DNA of 46,134 bases from an uncultured Flavobacteriaceae bacterium (GTDB taxonomy: Bacteria > Bacteroidota > Bacteroidia > Flavobacteriales > Flavobacteriaceae): the NCBI GenBank assembly GCA_964643205.1, contig CAZXST010000002.1, positions 1-46,134 on the forward strand. The letters run 5' to 3'. The position numbers and the translations under genes were made by a program. Of the stretch, positions 44,477-46,134 are shown in pieces (within the stretch, counting starts at the first letter, position 1; each line of letters begins with the position of its first letter). Under the pieces are notes generated by a model. It did not search any database. It was not told where the DNA came from and worked only from the letters and a program-made list of their open reading frames with translations.

Positions 44477-46134
44477 TTAAAAACAGTATTTGTTTTCTTT
44501 TTTAACTTTTTCTGCAATATTGTTTCTTATCCCAATCACATCTGGGTAGCTTTTATATTTAGTAAATTTGTTTAATCCTGCTAATAACATTTTTTGTTTC
44601 TTTCCTCTAGAAATAGATACTATAATTTGTTTTGATGCTTTTGATGCAATATCTATAGCATTGTATAGATATAATTTAGACATATCCATTTGAACTTTTA
44701 ACTCTTTTTCTCCAAATCTAATAGTATTTTTTTCAGTTCTTAATAAGGCTGATTCAGCCATATATATTTCTATTAATATATCCGCTAATGACATGATTGT
44801 TTGCTGATGTTTATCTAAATCTTTGCCATATTTTTCAACTGCAAATCCAGTTATCATCAAAAAGAGTTTTTTCAAATTTTTTAACAACAATTTTTCTTCT
44901 GAAAAAAGTTTTGAATTATCATTTGACTTAAATGAAAATGATGGTATTCCAATAAGTTCTTTAAATACTTCTTTAGTAGGAGTTACAAGGTCAATATTCT
45001 TTTTTACTGCTTTTTTAAGAAGCATCCCGACACTGAGCAATCTATTAATTTCATTAGTTCCCTCATAGATTCTTGCTATTCTTGCATCCCTCCATGCTGC
45101 CTCCATAGGAGTTTCTTCGGAGAATCCCATTCCTCCAAATATTTGGATTCCTTCATCAGAACATATTTGCATATCTTCAGATGTTGCTACTTTAATTATT
45201 GAACACTCAATAGCAAATTCTTCTAATGCTTTTAATTCAGCTTCTAGTTTTGAATAATTATTTGCCACTAAACTATTTATTCGCTCTTCAATATCTTTTG
45301 CAGCTCTATAGCAAGCAGATTCATTAACGTATGTGTTCGTTGCCATTTCAGCAATCTTATATTTAATTGCACCAAAATCTGATATTCTGGTATTAAATTG
45401 TTTTCTATTATTTGCATACTGAACAGCTATTGTTGTAGCTCTTCTTTCGGAATCAATACATGCTGCTCCGAGTTTAATTCTACCTACATTTAAAGAATTA
45501 ACAGCTATCTTAAATCCTTCACCTCTTTTGCCCAACATGTTTTCAACAGGGATAGTTGTATCATTAAAAAAAACTTGTCTAGTAGAAGAAGCCCTTATTC
45601 CAAGTTTTTTCTCTTCTTCTCCTAAAACCATTCCATTATTTTCCTCTTTTTCAACAATAAACGCAGTTATATTTTTATCATTTTCTATTCTTGCAAAGAC
45701 GATAAATAATTTTGCAAAACCTGCATTTGAGATCCACATTTTTTGTCCATTAATTTTATAATACTTTTTATCAGGTGTTAGTTCTGCAGTTGTTTTTCCT
45801 GAGTTAGCATCACTTCCAGCATTAGGTTCAGTCAGACAATATGATCCAAACCATTCACCAGAGGAGAGTTTTGGCAAGTATTTTTTCTTTTGTTCTTCTG
45901 TTCCATAAAATAATATAGGCATAGTTCCGATTCCTGTGTGTGCCCCAAATGCAGTACTAATTGAGCCACTTCCACTTGACATATATTCACAAACAATCAT
46001 TGTAGATACAAAATCCATTCCTAAACCTCCATACTCTTCTGGCACACTAACACCTAAAAATCCCATCTCACCAGCTTTCTTCATAACTTCTTCAGTTAGT
46101 TTAAAATCTTTTGCTTCAAATCGACTTTTTTTAG
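44477..46134 (-). CDS. acyl-CoA dehydrogenase (long form with C-terminal extension); 5' end lies right of the window
   Basis: Motifs CLTEPNAGSDANSG, WISNAGFAKLFIVFAR, FGGMGFSEETPMEAAWRDARIARIYEGTNEI. The frame stays open from the tracked Met (46084) to the window end (..KKSRFEAKDFKLTEEV-MKKAGEMGFLG), so the gene is truncated. Confidence 0.92.
   Translation of the reverse strand, partial: KKSRFEAKDFKLTEEVMKKAGEMGFLGVSVPEEYGGLGMDFVSTMIVCEYMSSGSGSISTAFGAHTGIGTMPILFYGTEEQKKKYLPKLSSGEWFGSYCLTEPNAGSDANSGKTTAELTPDKKYYKINGQKMWISNAGFAKLFIVFARIENDKNITAFIVEKEENNGMVLGEEEKKLGIRASSTRQVFFNDTTIPVENMLGKRGEGFKIAVNSLNVGRIKLGAACIDSERRATTIAVQYANNRKQFNTRISDFGAIKYKIAEMATNTYVNESACYRAAKDIEERINSLVANNYSKLEAELKALEEFAIECSIIKVATSEDMQICSDEGIQIFGGMGFSEETPMEAAWRDARIARIYEGTNEINRLLSVGMLLKKAVKKNIDLVTPTKEVFKELIGIPSFSFKSNDNSKLFSEEKLLLKNLKKLFLMITGFAVEKYGKDLDKHQQTIMSLADILIEIYMAESALLRTEKNTIRFGEKELKVQMDMSKLYLYNAIDIASKASKQIIVSISRGKKQKMLLAGLNKFTKYKSYPDVIGIRNNIAEKVKKENKYCF

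Noticed and set aside
44471-44486. Possible bidirectional terminator hairpin CTGT-N8-ACAG between the acyltransferase and acyl-CoA dehydrogenase genes
   Set aside because: The stem is only 4 bp with an 8-nt loop, and it overlaps the dehydrogenase stop codon. It is far too weak to call an intrinsic terminator.
1476-45761. 23 short ORFs (61-93 aa) in the six-frame track: 1476..1676, 3655..3876, 5002..5190, 5295..5576, 8491..8727, 8751..9020, 10622..10849, 10889..11098, 11213..11401, 13536..13742, 14572..14763, 16746..16940, 17740..17940, 20371..20628, 21741..21968, 27563..27811, 28643..28828, 29225..29488, 38857..39048, 40757..40945, 44184..44381, 44823..45068, 45528..45761
   Set aside because: Each lies inside, antisense to, or in another frame of a longer CDS with clear family motifs. 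Their translations are I/L/F/K/N/S-rich low-complexity strings typical of shadow frames in AT-rich DNA. None has its own promoter box or intergenic space.
1-46134. Window-wide look for mobile elements, defence systems, CRISPR arrays, toxin-antitoxin pairs, alternative genetic code and compositional islands
   Set aside because: There are no transposase, integrase, phage, restriction-modification, Cas or toxin-antitoxin-like proteins, and no spaced direct repeats. TAA, TAG and TGA all terminate full-length conserved proteins. Every gene fits flavobacterial core synteny, and by eye no segment stands out in composition.

Overview
This is a 46.1-kb, very AT-rich window (by eye about 30% GC or lower; not computed) that is extremely gene-dense and looks like a Bacteroidota/Flavobacteriia chromosome. 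The lineage call rests on four things. First, there is a subtilase with a T9SS (Por) C-terminal sorting domain. Second, Bacteroidota-type TAnnTTTG -7 boxes sit 10-30 nt upstream of several first-in-operon starts, and I saw no obvious Shine-Dalgarno sequences. Third, the window carries families typical of the phylum (DUF5683, DUF3810, WbqC, DUF721 near recF). Fourth, several gene orders match flavobacteria as I remember them (rel-fur-purA, parA-parB-DUF5683-lepB-wbqC, udk-ftsB-mutA-mutB, mutL-rhomboid-rhomboid-EEP). I call 45 protein-coding genes, with both edge genes truncated by the window. Summing the gaps gives only about 1.1 kb of intergenic DNA (about 97% coding). There are many 1-11 bp same-strand overlaps and two convergent stop-codon overlaps. 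I found no rRNA, tRNA, structured RNA, CRISPR array, transposase/integrase, prophage or recognisable defence gene, and no intergenic gap exceeds 127 nt. All three stop codons are used, so the standard bacterial code applies. The content is core housekeeping: pyrG, yidC, mnmA, purA, rel, recF, mutL, parAB, lepB, trxB, ndk, ribH, methylmalonyl-CoA mutase and similar. My verdict is that this is an ordinary, syntenic core region, and I did not find a convincing novel multi-gene system. The most checkable oddities are these: (1) a MutL whose C-terminal endonuclease metal-site motifs all appear substituted; (2) a class-III aminotransferase whose conserved N-terminus is encoded upstream of any ATG/GTG/TTG; (3) translationally coupled tandem DUF368 (PopT-family) paralogues; (4) a lipoprotein gene wedged with overlaps between recF and DUF721; (5) a Fur-family protein without any CxxC; (6) a tight mutL-rhomboid-degenerate rhomboid-membrane EEP string. 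All family assignments are from motif recognition by eye. No database search was run.
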